This document shows, in pieces, positions 59,101 to 64,000 of a stretch of DNA of 64,000 nucleotides. The notes beneath the pieces are model-generated. The model made no database searches. It saw only the letters and a program-made list of their open reading frames with translations, and was not told the origin of the DNA. Source of the stretch: Chrysomallon squamiferum. Taxonomy: Eukaryota; Animalia; Mollusca. Within the stretch, counting starts at the first letter, position 1. Every line of letters begins with the position of its first letter. The stretch spans positions 7,874,001 to 7,938,000 of the forward strand of contig CM022669.1 of assembly GCA_012295275.1 (NCBI GenBank), given 5' to 3'. Position numbers and translations under genes: made by a program.

Positions 59101-61819
59101 TGGTTACTACTGTCCAGCTGGTGTGGAGCTGCCCATTGCATGTCCACAAGACACATTCAGAAGCACAGTAGGAGCAGCACAGAAAACAGACTGCAGCCAC
59201 TGTCCAGCAGGGTCACTGTGTCCAGAAGGTGATTCATAATCTTCGATATTTATTTATTTCTGTGTTGACATGGTTTCCCACAAGATTCCTAAACCCACAG
59301 AACTCCTACATTTCAAAGTTACAGCCTTAAATATCATTGATTTTCAGGAAAATGCTCATGTTTTTTTATTTACTTAGAAAAAAAATATTTTGTCTGAAGT
59401 TCAGTAGTGAATGTACTGTAGTGTAAGATGTGACCCAGTACAGTTTTATAATATTTCTACATACACCTTAGCCATTTTAAAGCCATATCAATTTGTTATT
59501 CTTTATTATTCCTCAGAAGTCTTGTACATCTGATTCAGAAATTTCTAATGAGGTTCTATATGAGAACCATTGTTCATAAACTTTATGCTGAGACATCTGT
59601 TTGTCAATAATATTTTCTTTGTACATATATTCATACAATACATCTAAACTTAACTACATACAAACATTCACATAAACAAACAGGCATATACACATCTAGA
59701 TATGCACAGATGCATACATATCTGTAGCTGAATAAATTCATTAATAAAATTATGTATTCACAGTCTGTTTTTATTTCCAATATCAATAATTATGATATTG
59801 ATATAATAAAAATAACAACAACAAAAATGAAAAATAAAAAATTTATAATAAAACTTTTTAAAAATTACTCATTTCAGGATCATCTGATCCACAGCCTTGT
59901 CCAACTGGTCAGTACTGTCTCCTTGGCAACGGAACCACACCCTGCCCTCGCCTGACGTACCGAAACATTCCAGGAGCTGCAAGCGTCAGTGACTGCTTCC
60001 CTTGTGTGGCAGGATACTGGTGCAATTTTACAGGTTGGGATAAAATCCTTTGAGAATGTTGGAAAATTTTGAACAGCAAAATAAACAGTAAAATAAAAAA
60101 ATAATAATAACAAATAATATCAAAATAAACATAAAAAAAAAAATTAAGAAATTAAAAAAAATATTTTATATCTGTTGTAGGAATGGAGAACTATACAAAC
60201 ATTCCATGTCCACCTGGTCACTACTGCCTGGAAGGTGATGAACCAAGGCTGTGTCCAGCAGGACGGATGAAGGACACACCAGGAGCGGGATCAGTTGACG
60301 AGTGTCCACTGTGTCGCCCGGGTTACTACTGCCCTAACGACACGGAGAACACACAGGGCATTCCTTGCAGGGAGAAGTTTGAGTGTCCACCAGGAGCGTC
60401 TCTGGAAATAGACTGTGCACCAGGTTACTTCTGCAACGGAACCACAGGGAACCCACCTATATGCTGGGGAGGCTACTACTGCCCCAACGCAACGGATACC
60501 CCCATACCGTGCGAATATCCATTCTACTGTCCAGAAGGAAGTAACATGACCTTGACCTGTCCCCTGGGTCACATGGCCAACAACGATACAGGAATTCGTG
60601 ACAGCTTTGATAAGAACTGCAGGATATGCCCTGCTGGTTACTACGGCAACCACACCGAACGATTGCAGTGCTACCTCTGCCCGGCTGGCTACTACTGTCC
60701 AGAAGGAACAGGTCATGGCAACTCTAATCCTTGTCCTATAGGATCATTCTGCCCAGAAGGTTCTGGACAACCTACTCCTTGTCCCCGTGGAATGTACGGC
60801 AAAAAGGTTCGAGCTCATCAGTATGGAGACTGTGCTCCATGTCCAGAACAATACTACAATGACCTCTTGGGCCAGAAGGCTTGTAGGCCATGTGGAAGCT
60901 CCTCCACATCTCCTAAAGGCAGCGCTGAGTGCTACTGCAAAGGTAGCTACAGAACATTCCAGAAATCTGATGGAGCGTGTATCTGCTGGGGAGGCTACCA
61001 CTACTACAATGAGATAGACAAGGCCAACTCACAGGGCAATGGAGAGGAGAGCTGTCAGCAGCTTGTAGACCTTCGATGTGCTCAGAGTGAGGTCAGAATT
61101 GCCAGCTCCAGGCTTTGTTTTGCTCCAGCAGAATACGACTGCTCTAAAGCTTGTCCTGCTACTGGAGGCAGCCTCGATATTGACCATGGAAGGTAAGTTA
61201 AATAAGTCCAGTGTGGTAAATTTCTGTACTAAAAGCTGCTGAAGCAAAAAGGTAAGTTCATAAATCTGTCCCAGTAATTTGTAAAACTTTTAATTCTCTG
61301 TATTGTATCTCTGAATGATCTGTTTTATTATTCATTGTCCTTATTTTTTATTTTAAACTAACATTCACACTAATTACTAATAATCTTTCATTGAAATATA
61401 AATCTTACCCTGAATTAAACAAATTTGAACGACACTGACAATTAGTTTTAATTTACAGATGTCAGTGTCAGTCTTATAAAGATGCCAATGAGATCTGTGA
61501 TGCCACATGCCGCAAAACCACCATGCCAATCGTGACCACTGAACTGATGGCTGATGGTACTGTGCAGACTAACATCTACGACCCAACCACTGGCACAACA
61601 TACAACCAGGTAAAACAGAATTAGTTTTGTTTATTTGTTTATTTATTTATTTTGTTTTTTGTTTGTTTATTTGTTTTCTTACTTATTTAGTTATTTTTTG
61701 CCAAAAATTATCATTATTAGTATTAGTGTAATTGACTTTTTTCATTGTCATTTAATTCTTGTTACTGTTATCATTGTTAGTATTATTACTGTTATTGTTG
61801 CTTTTGTTATTATTATCAC

Positions 61820-61860
<41 letters not shown>

Positions 61861-63843
61861 GTGATGTTATTGTTCTTGTTGTTGCTGTTGTTGTTGTTAT
61901 TTATTGCTGTCTGTTTCTCTACAGCAAATAACCAATGTGTACGGGCCCAGTGAGACAACTGTTGGTGCTAAGAACACCATTGTGCTGAACATGTTTGGAG
62001 ACCAAGTTGGAGCATCTGTGTTTGCAAATGCAGAGTCAGCCAAGGATCTTTTCAGTAAGTCGCACACAACACCAGACTTTAAAACAACTTACAGTTTGTT
62101 ACTGCTGTTATCACAGAGAATGTATTGAGTTTAAATTAATAAAATAAATTTAAAAGTTAATATAAATTTAATATATATAAACAAGAAATAAATAAATAAA
62201 ATGTATGCATAACCATTTATAATGGGTTTTTTTTTTATTAGTTTATTTATTTGCAATACCATTAATAAATAAAAATTTGATGGCAACAATTAAAACAAAC
62301 AAAAATGAAAACTTACTAAAACATTTTTTTTTTTAAATTTTTTATTATAGAATCTGTTGAAGAACTTGTCACAGGAACTATAACAGGAAGAAGACGTCTC
62401 CTAGCAACCACAACAGTCCCAACCAACCAGGTGACAAATCCACTTGTCTGTCTTGAGACAGACGAACTGGTTTTGTTTAAAATCTTACTCAACTACACAG
62501 ACCGCGCCAGCAGCCACTACCCCATCTATCAGAAAGACCACCTCTACAACACCAACCCCAACTTTGACTTTGGTGCCTTCACCCAGATGGCCAATCTCGT
62601 TGTCAACACCAATGTTACCATAACAACATTTGCTTTCGTGTTTACTGTTGGAGGAACGTATGTGTTTGTAGATTCCCAGGAGCCTGATGTTGACGTAGTT
62701 ATAGTTGTCAAGCCAACTGGGGCCACTTGCCCTCCAGGTGCATCTCGCATCCTCCCATCAACCACGTCAAACCTCATCTCTCTTGGTGTGTACAAACAGA
62801 CAGTTGCTAATGAAGTCCCAGACTGGGGTCTCATCATAGGTAAAATAACACTCAGTCTTTATAGTTATTTTAATATTGTCTTCTATTCATTTTTAATATG
62901 CCAGACTCAGTCTTTTATTCATTTTTAATATGCAAGACACAGTCTTTTATTCATTTTTAATATGCCAGACTCAGTCTTTTATTCATTTTTAATATGCCAG
63001 ACTCAGTCTTTTCCGTATATTTAATATGTCAGGTTCGATGTTTGTAATGTCTGGCTCAGTCTTTATACTATAATAAAAATATATAATCAGTCTTCAGAAT
63101 ATTTTAAATATACTAGGCTCAGTCTTTATTTTAAGATAAAGTTCTACTGTAGTTTGGTATAATCTTTTGTTTTAATATGACAACTCACATTTTGTAATGG
63201 AAGAGGAAATCGAGATGAGATTTTATTGATTATTATTATTATTACAGGTCTGATTGCTTTCTTTGGTGCTTGCATGGTGCTGCTGGTTGTTGCTGTGCTG
63301 GTTTGGAAACCTCGTGACTCTATCATCTACCCACTAAAACACTGGAAGCCAGTTTACAGACGACTTGGTATTCCACCACCAGTACCATCATACATCAGAT
63401 ATGACACAGAACACTGGCCTGAGAAACAGAGGTATAATATACCAGTAGGCTTTTCTAAATAATTACTAGTAATGATAATAATAATAATTATTATTATTAT
63501 TATTTGGAAAAGTTTAAAATATTGATTAACTTTAAGATTCTAGTTAAAGTTAATGTTAAATCATTAATGGTTCTCTATAATAAATACTTTTAAAATTGAA
63601 ACAGAAAATAGTTTTAAATAAGCTTTTGTTTCTCTAGAAATTATTAGTAATAAATGTTTAGCAAACCTTAACTGATGTTATTAATTGTTCTTTTGATTTC
63701 CATTTTTACCTAATTTTAAATGCAAGTTTAAAATAATAAACAGTAAAATGTTTCACCTGTTTATTTGTTTAGCAATGGTCTTGAAGGATTGGGCATCAGA
63801 TCTGATGGAGATGGGGCAGAAATGGAGAAGAACGTATTTATGA
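3859..63843 (+). CDS. Giant multi-exon gene (87 exons traced, ~27 kb CDS, ~9,000 aa, 5'-partial and probably 3'-partial): Cys-rich GCC2/GCC3 (Ephrin_rec_like-type) tandem-repeat single-pass membrane protein
   Basis: All GC-richer islands translate on + into CxxCP.G.(Y/F)C repeats and are bounded by AG/GT with phases that chain from exon to exon. A TM helix is encoded at ~62824-62839 plus 63248-63306. Seven 1-nt frame breaks are listed in findings. No start codon or signal peptide in the window. Confidence 0.93.
4774..4882 (+). CDS. exon 2
   Basis: AG/GT; ACEAGKEANANQTACVDCSAGTY; phase 0/1. Confidence 0.85.
5343..5537 (+). CDS. exon 3
   Basis: AG/GT; GSKCPNSMMTDPIVCPDGTYQ; 1/1. Confidence 0.88.
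6316..6459 (+). CDS. exon 4
   Basis: AG/GT; GYYSLAGAENCTACEPGYDC; 1/1. Confidence 0.87.
7205..10012 (+). CDS. exon 5 (2.8-kb repeat-rich exon)
   Basis: Within ORF 7108..10044; acag|gt acceptor, g|gtacag donor; GHYSMEGAAVCIICPAGKNC...; 1/1. Confidence 0.92.
8146..8880 (+). repeat. 285-bp (95-aa) near-identical coding tandem repeat, ~2.6 copies, inside exon 5
   Basis: tgtacagtctgtcc(a/g)gcagg at 8146, 8431, 8716 with near-identical downstream sequence. Confidence 0.92.
10900..11370. repeat. degenerate ~33-bp intronic tandem repeat (tgtaatgtaggat...gtaacc core)
   Basis: Recurrent ttgtaatgtaggat / gtaacc / aatatt cores. Confidence 0.6.
11846..12187 (+). CDS. exon 6
   Basis: AG/GT; GFYSTSPGQGSCTLCRAGYYC; 1/1. 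Confidence 0.88.
12508..12596 (+). CDS. exon 7
   Basis: AG/GT; GYKCTDRTQSQVACPAGQYQ; 1/0. Confidence 0.85.
12886..12999 (+). CDS. exon 8
   Basis: AG/GT; CPSGYYNTQTGQIQCTICPAG; 0/0. Confidence 0.85.
13136..13216 (+). CDS. exon 9
   Basis: AG/GT; FSNDGATACQTCPAGQIC; 0/0. Confidence 0.83.
13937..14164 (+). CDS. exon 10
   Basis: AG/GT; SGQYSNGTGCVDCPAGYSC; 0/0. Confidence 0.86.
14760..14922 (+). CDS. exon 11
   Basis: AG/GT; SCPEGYYSSSGAGACAECPAG; 0/1. Confidence 0.86.
15120..15738 (+). repeat. 49-bp minisatellite (~12 copies) ending at the exon 12 acceptor
   Basis: Unit tgttttctaatgcactagttatgtataaaaatatctatatttaaaatac; starts at 15171, 15222, 15271...; last unit starts 15721. Confidence 0.92.
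15739..15854 (+). CDS. exon 12
   Basis: Acceptor supplied by last minisatellite unit (tgcactag|gt); GTYSSAKASSCSLCPAGNYC; 1/0. Confidence 0.83.
16210..16398 (+). CDS. exon 13
   Basis: AG/GT; TLSCTPCPAGFQCPTT; 0/0. Confidence 0.86.
16678..16919 (+). CDS. exon 14
   Basis: AG/GT; GSSTCVQCPAGYDCDP; 0/2. Confidence 0.86.
17624..17847 (+). CDS. exon 15
   Basis: AG/GT; SNAVLCSEGQYSSVGATSCSSC; 2/1. Confidence 0.86.
18394..20160 (+). CDS. exon 16 (1.77 kb)
   Basis: Within ORF 18333..20225; GTYSLGNQSSCTPCVAGSAC...; a|gtaagt donor; 1/1. Confidence 0.92.
20486..20627 (+). CDS. exon 17
   Basis: AG/GT; TEYATQHPCHAGSYSNKTG; 1/2. Confidence 0.86.
21063..21289 (+). CDS. exon 18
   Basis: AG/GT; GTYYENTKAEKVGDCVACKAGYYC; 2/1. 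Confidence 0.87.
21345..21537. repeat. ~30-bp degenerate tandem repeat (ttgattcacctgttattgtaat core)
   Basis: About 6 copies visible. Confidence 0.65.
21602..23098 (+). CDS. exon 19 (1.5 kb)
   Basis: Overlaps ORF 21604..23139; GVECPPGMSKQPDLIADKCRTGHYC; 1/1. Confidence 0.92.
23309..23500 (+). CDS. exon 20
   Basis: AG/GT; GEPKECPAGSYTNTTG; 1/1. Confidence 0.87.
23971..24105 (+). CDS. exon 21
   Basis: AG/GT; LSSESECRPCLGGYYC; 1/1. Confidence 0.86.
24550..24816 (+). CDS. exon 22
   Basis: AG/GT; GVNVSTPTPETTSGLGGPCPTGFFC; 1/1. Confidence 0.87.
25133..25489 (+). CDS. exon 23
   Basis: AG/GT; GIDTSIGGPCPIGHYC; 1/1. Confidence 0.88.
25651..25830 (+). CDS. exon 24
   Basis: AG/GT; GFFCVHASWSKQP; 1/1. 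Confidence 0.87.
26141..26257 (+). CDS. exon 25
   Basis: AG/GT; GLSLVTSPCQAGYYC; 1/1. Confidence 0.85.
26754..26906 (+). CDS. exon 26
   Basis: AG/GT; IGSTSNPAKCPIGTFSN; 1/1. Confidence 0.86.
27106..27258 (+). CDS. exon 27
   Basis: AG/GT; GYFCPPGQSMNNPYVCTPGNYC; 1/1. Confidence 0.86.
27599..27811 (+). CDS. exon 28
   Basis: Weak caaaaag acceptor; GYYCNDVDNLASYTSYPCPSGHYC; 1/1. Confidence 0.82.
28118..29542 (+). CDS. exon 29 (1.4 kb)
   Basis: AG/GT; GDCYAGYWCKSGSSSP...; overlaps ORF 28426..29700; 1/1. Confidence 0.92.
29859..30092 (+). CDS. exon 30
   Basis: AG/GT; GHYCESSGLANVTGPCSAGYFC; 1/1. Confidence 0.87.
30385..30572 (+). CDS. exon 31
   Basis: AG/GT; GKYCDSYGLEEPTGLCDAGYYC; 1/0. Confidence 0.87.
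30942..31353 (+). CDS. exon 32
   Basis: AG/GT; PNCKQCPEGYFCDG; 0/1. Confidence 0.88.
31777..32328 (+). CDS. exon 33
   Basis: AG/GT; GLSDVSECKGCEPGQFC; 1/1. Confidence 0.9.
32701..32847 (+). CDS. exon 34
   Basis: AG/GT; GHYCEQQTQDPSPCPAGTFNN; 1/1. Confidence 0.86.
33061..33297 (+). CDS. exon 35
   Basis: AG/GT; GLCNAGFYCTGGSNS; 1/1. Confidence 0.87.
33587..35491 (+). CDS. exon 36 (1.9 kb)
   Basis: Within ORF 33562..35529; GYYCPPKTEFAHQYPCPNGTYNN; 1/1. Confidence 0.92.
35908..36025 (+). CDS. exon 37
   Basis: AG/GT; GVNSDTPSGGHTGDGGQCPLGFYC; 1/2. Confidence 0.86.
36219..36442 (+). CDS. exon 38
   Basis: AG/GT; DNMGQANCTLCPAGYYC; 2/1. Confidence 0.86.
36821..37080 (+). CDS. exon 39 (apparent extra G ~36827)
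   Basis: AG/GT; ..GWTKPSGNCTPGWYC; length is 1 nt too long for phase 1/2. Confidence 0.8.
37403..37605 (+). CDS. exon 40
   Basis: AG/GT; YYCHGGATQPDPPSSICPVGHYC; 2/1. Confidence 0.86.
38056..38233 (+). CDS. exon 41
   Basis: AG/GT; GPCSPGYYCPAGQTTS; 1/2. Confidence 0.86.
38488..38702 (+). CDS. exon 42
   Basis: AG/GT; YCDPAEVATTTGNADAGVTVPADC; 2/1. Confidence 0.86.
38927..39160 (+). CDS. exon 43
   Basis: AG/GT; GLTEPTGMCDAGFVC; 1/1. Confidence 0.87.
39585..39836 (+). CDS. exon 44
   Basis: AG/GT; GLVSVSGNCTEGHYC; 1/1. Confidence 0.87.
40117..40251 (+). CDS. exon 45
   Basis: AG/GT; GECSPGYYCEGKSETATP; 1/1. Confidence 0.86.
40766..41090 (+). CDS. exon 46 (extra base giving TAG at 41065)
   Basis: taaag| acceptor, gttagt donor; GTYMNHTQASSCDICPPRYYC; 1/1 with +1 nt. 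Confidence 0.8.
41451..41618 (+). CDS. exon 47
   Basis: AG/GT; GCPVGHYCPEGTSDPISC; 1/1. Confidence 0.86.
41975..42086 (+). CDS. exon 48 (extra T giving TAG at 42007)
   Basis: AG/GT; GAYCPAGTRFA/RQSECPAGTYNN; 1/1 with +1 nt. Confidence 0.8.
42323..42508 (+). CDS. exon 49
   Basis: AG/GT; GGKYCEGAGLAVPTGDCAAGWFC; 1/1. Confidence 0.87.
42683..42898 (+). CDS. exon 50
   Basis: AG/GT; GNYCPIGSDRQVPCPLGKYC; 1/1. Confidence 0.87.
43214..43495 (+). CDS. exon 51
   Basis: AG/GT; REGNTNISECQVCTAGYYC; 1/1. Confidence 0.87.
43746..43910 (+). CDS. exon 52 (5' boundary uncertain)
   Basis: Nearest in-frame AG is gaaag|ct; VSTPTICPAGSYCPEN; gtaagt donor; 1/1. Confidence 0.72.
44169..44435 (+). CDS. exon 53 (-1 at ~44189, +1 at ~44383)
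   Basis: AG/GT; GNTEPTG/CAAGYYC...CTPGK/YCSQTG; 1/1. Confidence 0.8.
44575..44660. repeat. (TAATA)n pentanucleotide microsatellite
   Basis: Direct reading. Confidence 0.9.
44867..45046 (+). CDS. exon 54
   Basis: AG/GT; GHYCSLGSEEPAPVGKSYGDKC; 1/1. Confidence 0.87.
45474..45581 (+). CDS. exon 55
   Basis: AG/GT; GYYCESYGLSTVTGQCAAGYFC; 1/1. Confidence 0.86.
45894..46163 (+). CDS. exon 56
   Basis: AG/GT; GDICPEGHYCTVGS; 1/1. Confidence 0.87.
46502..46711 (+). CDS. exon 57
   Basis: AG/GT; GGYYCDTPGSAAPNGKCQAGYYC; 1/1. Confidence 0.87.
47012..47311 (+). CDS. exon 58
   Basis: AG/GT; GKGVCDTCPGGHAC; 1/1. Confidence 0.86.
47638..47793 (+). CDS. exon 59
   Basis: AG/GT; GNFSSIDLCTCPKNAFTGGKC; 1/1. 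Confidence 0.86.
48203..48385 (+). CDS. exon 60
   Basis: AG/GT; GKCNAGYFCPSGQSRPDP; 1/1. Confidence 0.87.
48393..48492. repeat. ~50-bp tandem duplication just after the exon 60 donor
   Basis: tgtttaacattgttattactagaagaaaaaattgttgtacttagataaa x2. Confidence 0.8.
48972..49133 (+). CDS. exon 61
   Basis: AG/GT; GFYCSGTGLVEESAPCGAGFFC; 1/1. Confidence 0.87.
49250..49545. repeat. degenerate intronic tandem repeat (tttgaactatcagctagttgtg core)
   Basis: Multiple tttgaa(c/t)tatcag cores. Confidence 0.6.
49560..49772 (+). CDS. exon 62
   Basis: AG/GT; GQYQADSGKGTCEVCPATKYC; 1/1. Confidence 0.87.
49878..49965. repeat. 22-bp minisatellite x4 (gtgctagtatctgacagtggca)
   Basis: tgctagtatctgaca occurs 4 times in tandem. 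Confidence 0.88.
50261..50440 (+). CDS. exon 63
   Basis: AG/GT; GCIKCDYGMYCKTPG; 1/1. Confidence 0.85.
50778..51050 (+). CDS. exon 64
   Basis: AG/GT; QACPKGTYSNFTGLRYANEC; 1/1. Confidence 0.87.
51498..51632 (+). CDS. exon 65
   Basis: AG/GT; GQQSVSACVECEPGYYC; 1/1. Confidence 0.86.
51790..52146 (+). CDS. exon 66
   Basis: AG/GT; GTTGNICPIGHYCPEGS; 1/1. Confidence 0.88.
52580..52744 (+). CDS. exon 67
   Basis: AG/GT; GVNVKTPNSAISFTGNGGVCPAG; 1/1. Confidence 0.86.
52927..53049 (+). CDS. exon 68
   Basis: AG/GT; GHFCMNETVTPEICPAGHYC; 1/1. Confidence 0.86.
53356..53527 (+). CDS. exon 69
   Basis: AG/GT; GISKDSECLDCPPGMFC; 1/2. Confidence 0.86.
54082..54257 (+). CDS. exon 70
   Basis: AG/GT; DLLSNDTCTPMWDCVCP; 2/1. 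Confidence 0.85.
54485..54676 (+). CDS. exon 71
   Basis: AG/GT; GNCSAGWYCNGTSPVP; 1/1. Confidence 0.86.
55239..55481 (+). CDS. exon 72
   Basis: AG/GT; GTGNTVPTGLCDPGYYC; 1/1. Confidence 0.86.
55820..56073 (+). CDS. exon 73
   Basis: AG/GT; GHPVVFPSPCPLGFYC; 1/0. Confidence 0.86.
56244..56464 (+). CDS. exon 74
   Basis: AG/GT; VNYADNTTFTGNDRCPVGYYC; 0/2. Confidence 0.86.
56644..56864 (+). CDS. exon 75
   Basis: AG/GT; YVCTGGSTTPTPTDGVEGYLC; 2/1. Confidence 0.87.
57348..57491 (+). CDS. exon 76
   Basis: AG/GT; GYYCPYNSNPQPCPPGTFNN; 1/1. Confidence 0.86.
57763..57927 (+). CDS. exon 77
   Basis: AG/GT; GYCDEGYFCEGGAAS; 1/1. Confidence 0.86.
58177..58503 (+). CDS. exon 78
   Basis: AG/GT; GGASLSDCLPCPGGYYC; 1/1. 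Confidence 0.88.
58661..58770 (+). CDS. exon 79 (extra T giving TAG at 58729)
   Basis: AG/GT; GTAYPKPCENGTFTYENMTNLRD/SADCLPC; 1/2 with +1 nt. Confidence 0.8.
58969..59228 (+). CDS. exon 80
   Basis: AG/GT; NGQVYGNCSAGFFC; 2/1. Confidence 0.86.
59878..60033 (+). CDS. exon 81
   Basis: AG/GT; GSSDPQPCPTGQYC; 1/1. Confidence 0.86.
60181..61192 (+). CDS. exon 82 (end of repeat array)
   Basis: ORF 60183..61196; GMENYTNIPCPPGHYC...CRPCGSSS...CICWGGY; 1/2. Confidence 0.92.
61459..61609 (+). CDS. exon 83
   Basis: AG/GT; CQCQSYKDANEICDATC; 2/0. Confidence 0.86.
61925..62054 (+). CDS. exon 84
   Basis: AG/GT; QITNVYGPSETT; 0/1. Confidence 0.83.
62351..62839 (+). CDS. exon 85 (juxtamembrane domain, RRRLL motif, start of TM)
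   Basis: AG/GT; GRRRLLA...NPLVCL...[22 protein letters not shown]...EVPDWGLII; 1/1. Confidence 0.9.
62850..63130. repeat. 32-bp minisatellite (ctcagtcttttattcatttttaatatgccaga)
   Basis: About 4 well-conserved copies at ~62900-63010 plus degenerate flanks. Confidence 0.82.
63248..63431 (+). CDS. exon 86 (TM helix and start of cytoplasmic tail)
   Basis: AG/GT; GLIAFFGACMVLLVVAVLVW followed by KPR (positive-inside); 1/2. Confidence 0.87.
63773..63843 (+). CDS. exon 87 (3' end uncertain: donor after 63833 or 63843, or stop shortly after)
   Basis: tttag|c acceptor in the matching phase 2; NGLEGLGIRSDGDGAEMEKN. Confidence 0.62.
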
Positions 63844-64000
63844 GTAATTAATGTTTTCAACATTTTTGCTGTCTCACATGTTTGTTTCTTATTTTACTGT
63901 TGTAAATGAATTTTAATATATTTACACATGACAGAAATTTTAGTGTTAAAAAACTAAATGGTAATATAATGATCACAAAACAAACCCAGTAGATTCTTAG

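Noticed and set aside
3859-63843. Calling the gene SCUBE, SVEP1, an Eph receptor, a furin-like/PCSK5 protease, a Giardia-type VSP or a pseudogene
   Set aside because: No EGF/CUB/kinase/subtilase domains seen in ~9,000 aa, and the intron-rich animal-like structure excludes VSP. Lesions are only 1-nt indels with intact splice sites.

Overview
AT-rich, microsatellite-dense eukaryotic (animal, invertebrate-like; species cannot be told from sequence) genomic DNA. Almost all of the window (3859-~63843, + strand) is one gene: I traced 87 GT-AG exons with consistent phases, about 27 kb of CDS or ~9,000 aa. The 5' end lies upstream and the 3' end probably downstream. The product is a giant single-pass membrane protein: ~8,500 aa of tandem Cys-rich GCC2/GCC3 (Ephrin_rec_like, PF07699-type) repeats, a short Cys-poor juxtamembrane domain with an RRRLL motif, one TM helix and the start of a cytoplasmic tail. 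Main observations: (1) a ~700-aa super-repeat whose period stays constant although its internal module order changes; (2) a recent 285-bp intra-exon tandem triplication; (3) seven single-base frame breaks, three of which are the same 'extra T making C-TAG' event (probably consensus errors); (4) a 49-bp minisatellite whose last unit supplies a real 3' splice site. Most other ORFs in the track are microsatellite or antisense/off-frame shadows. No prokaryotic features, RNA genes, CRISPR arrays or intact transposons were seen. All coordinates and counts were read by hand.
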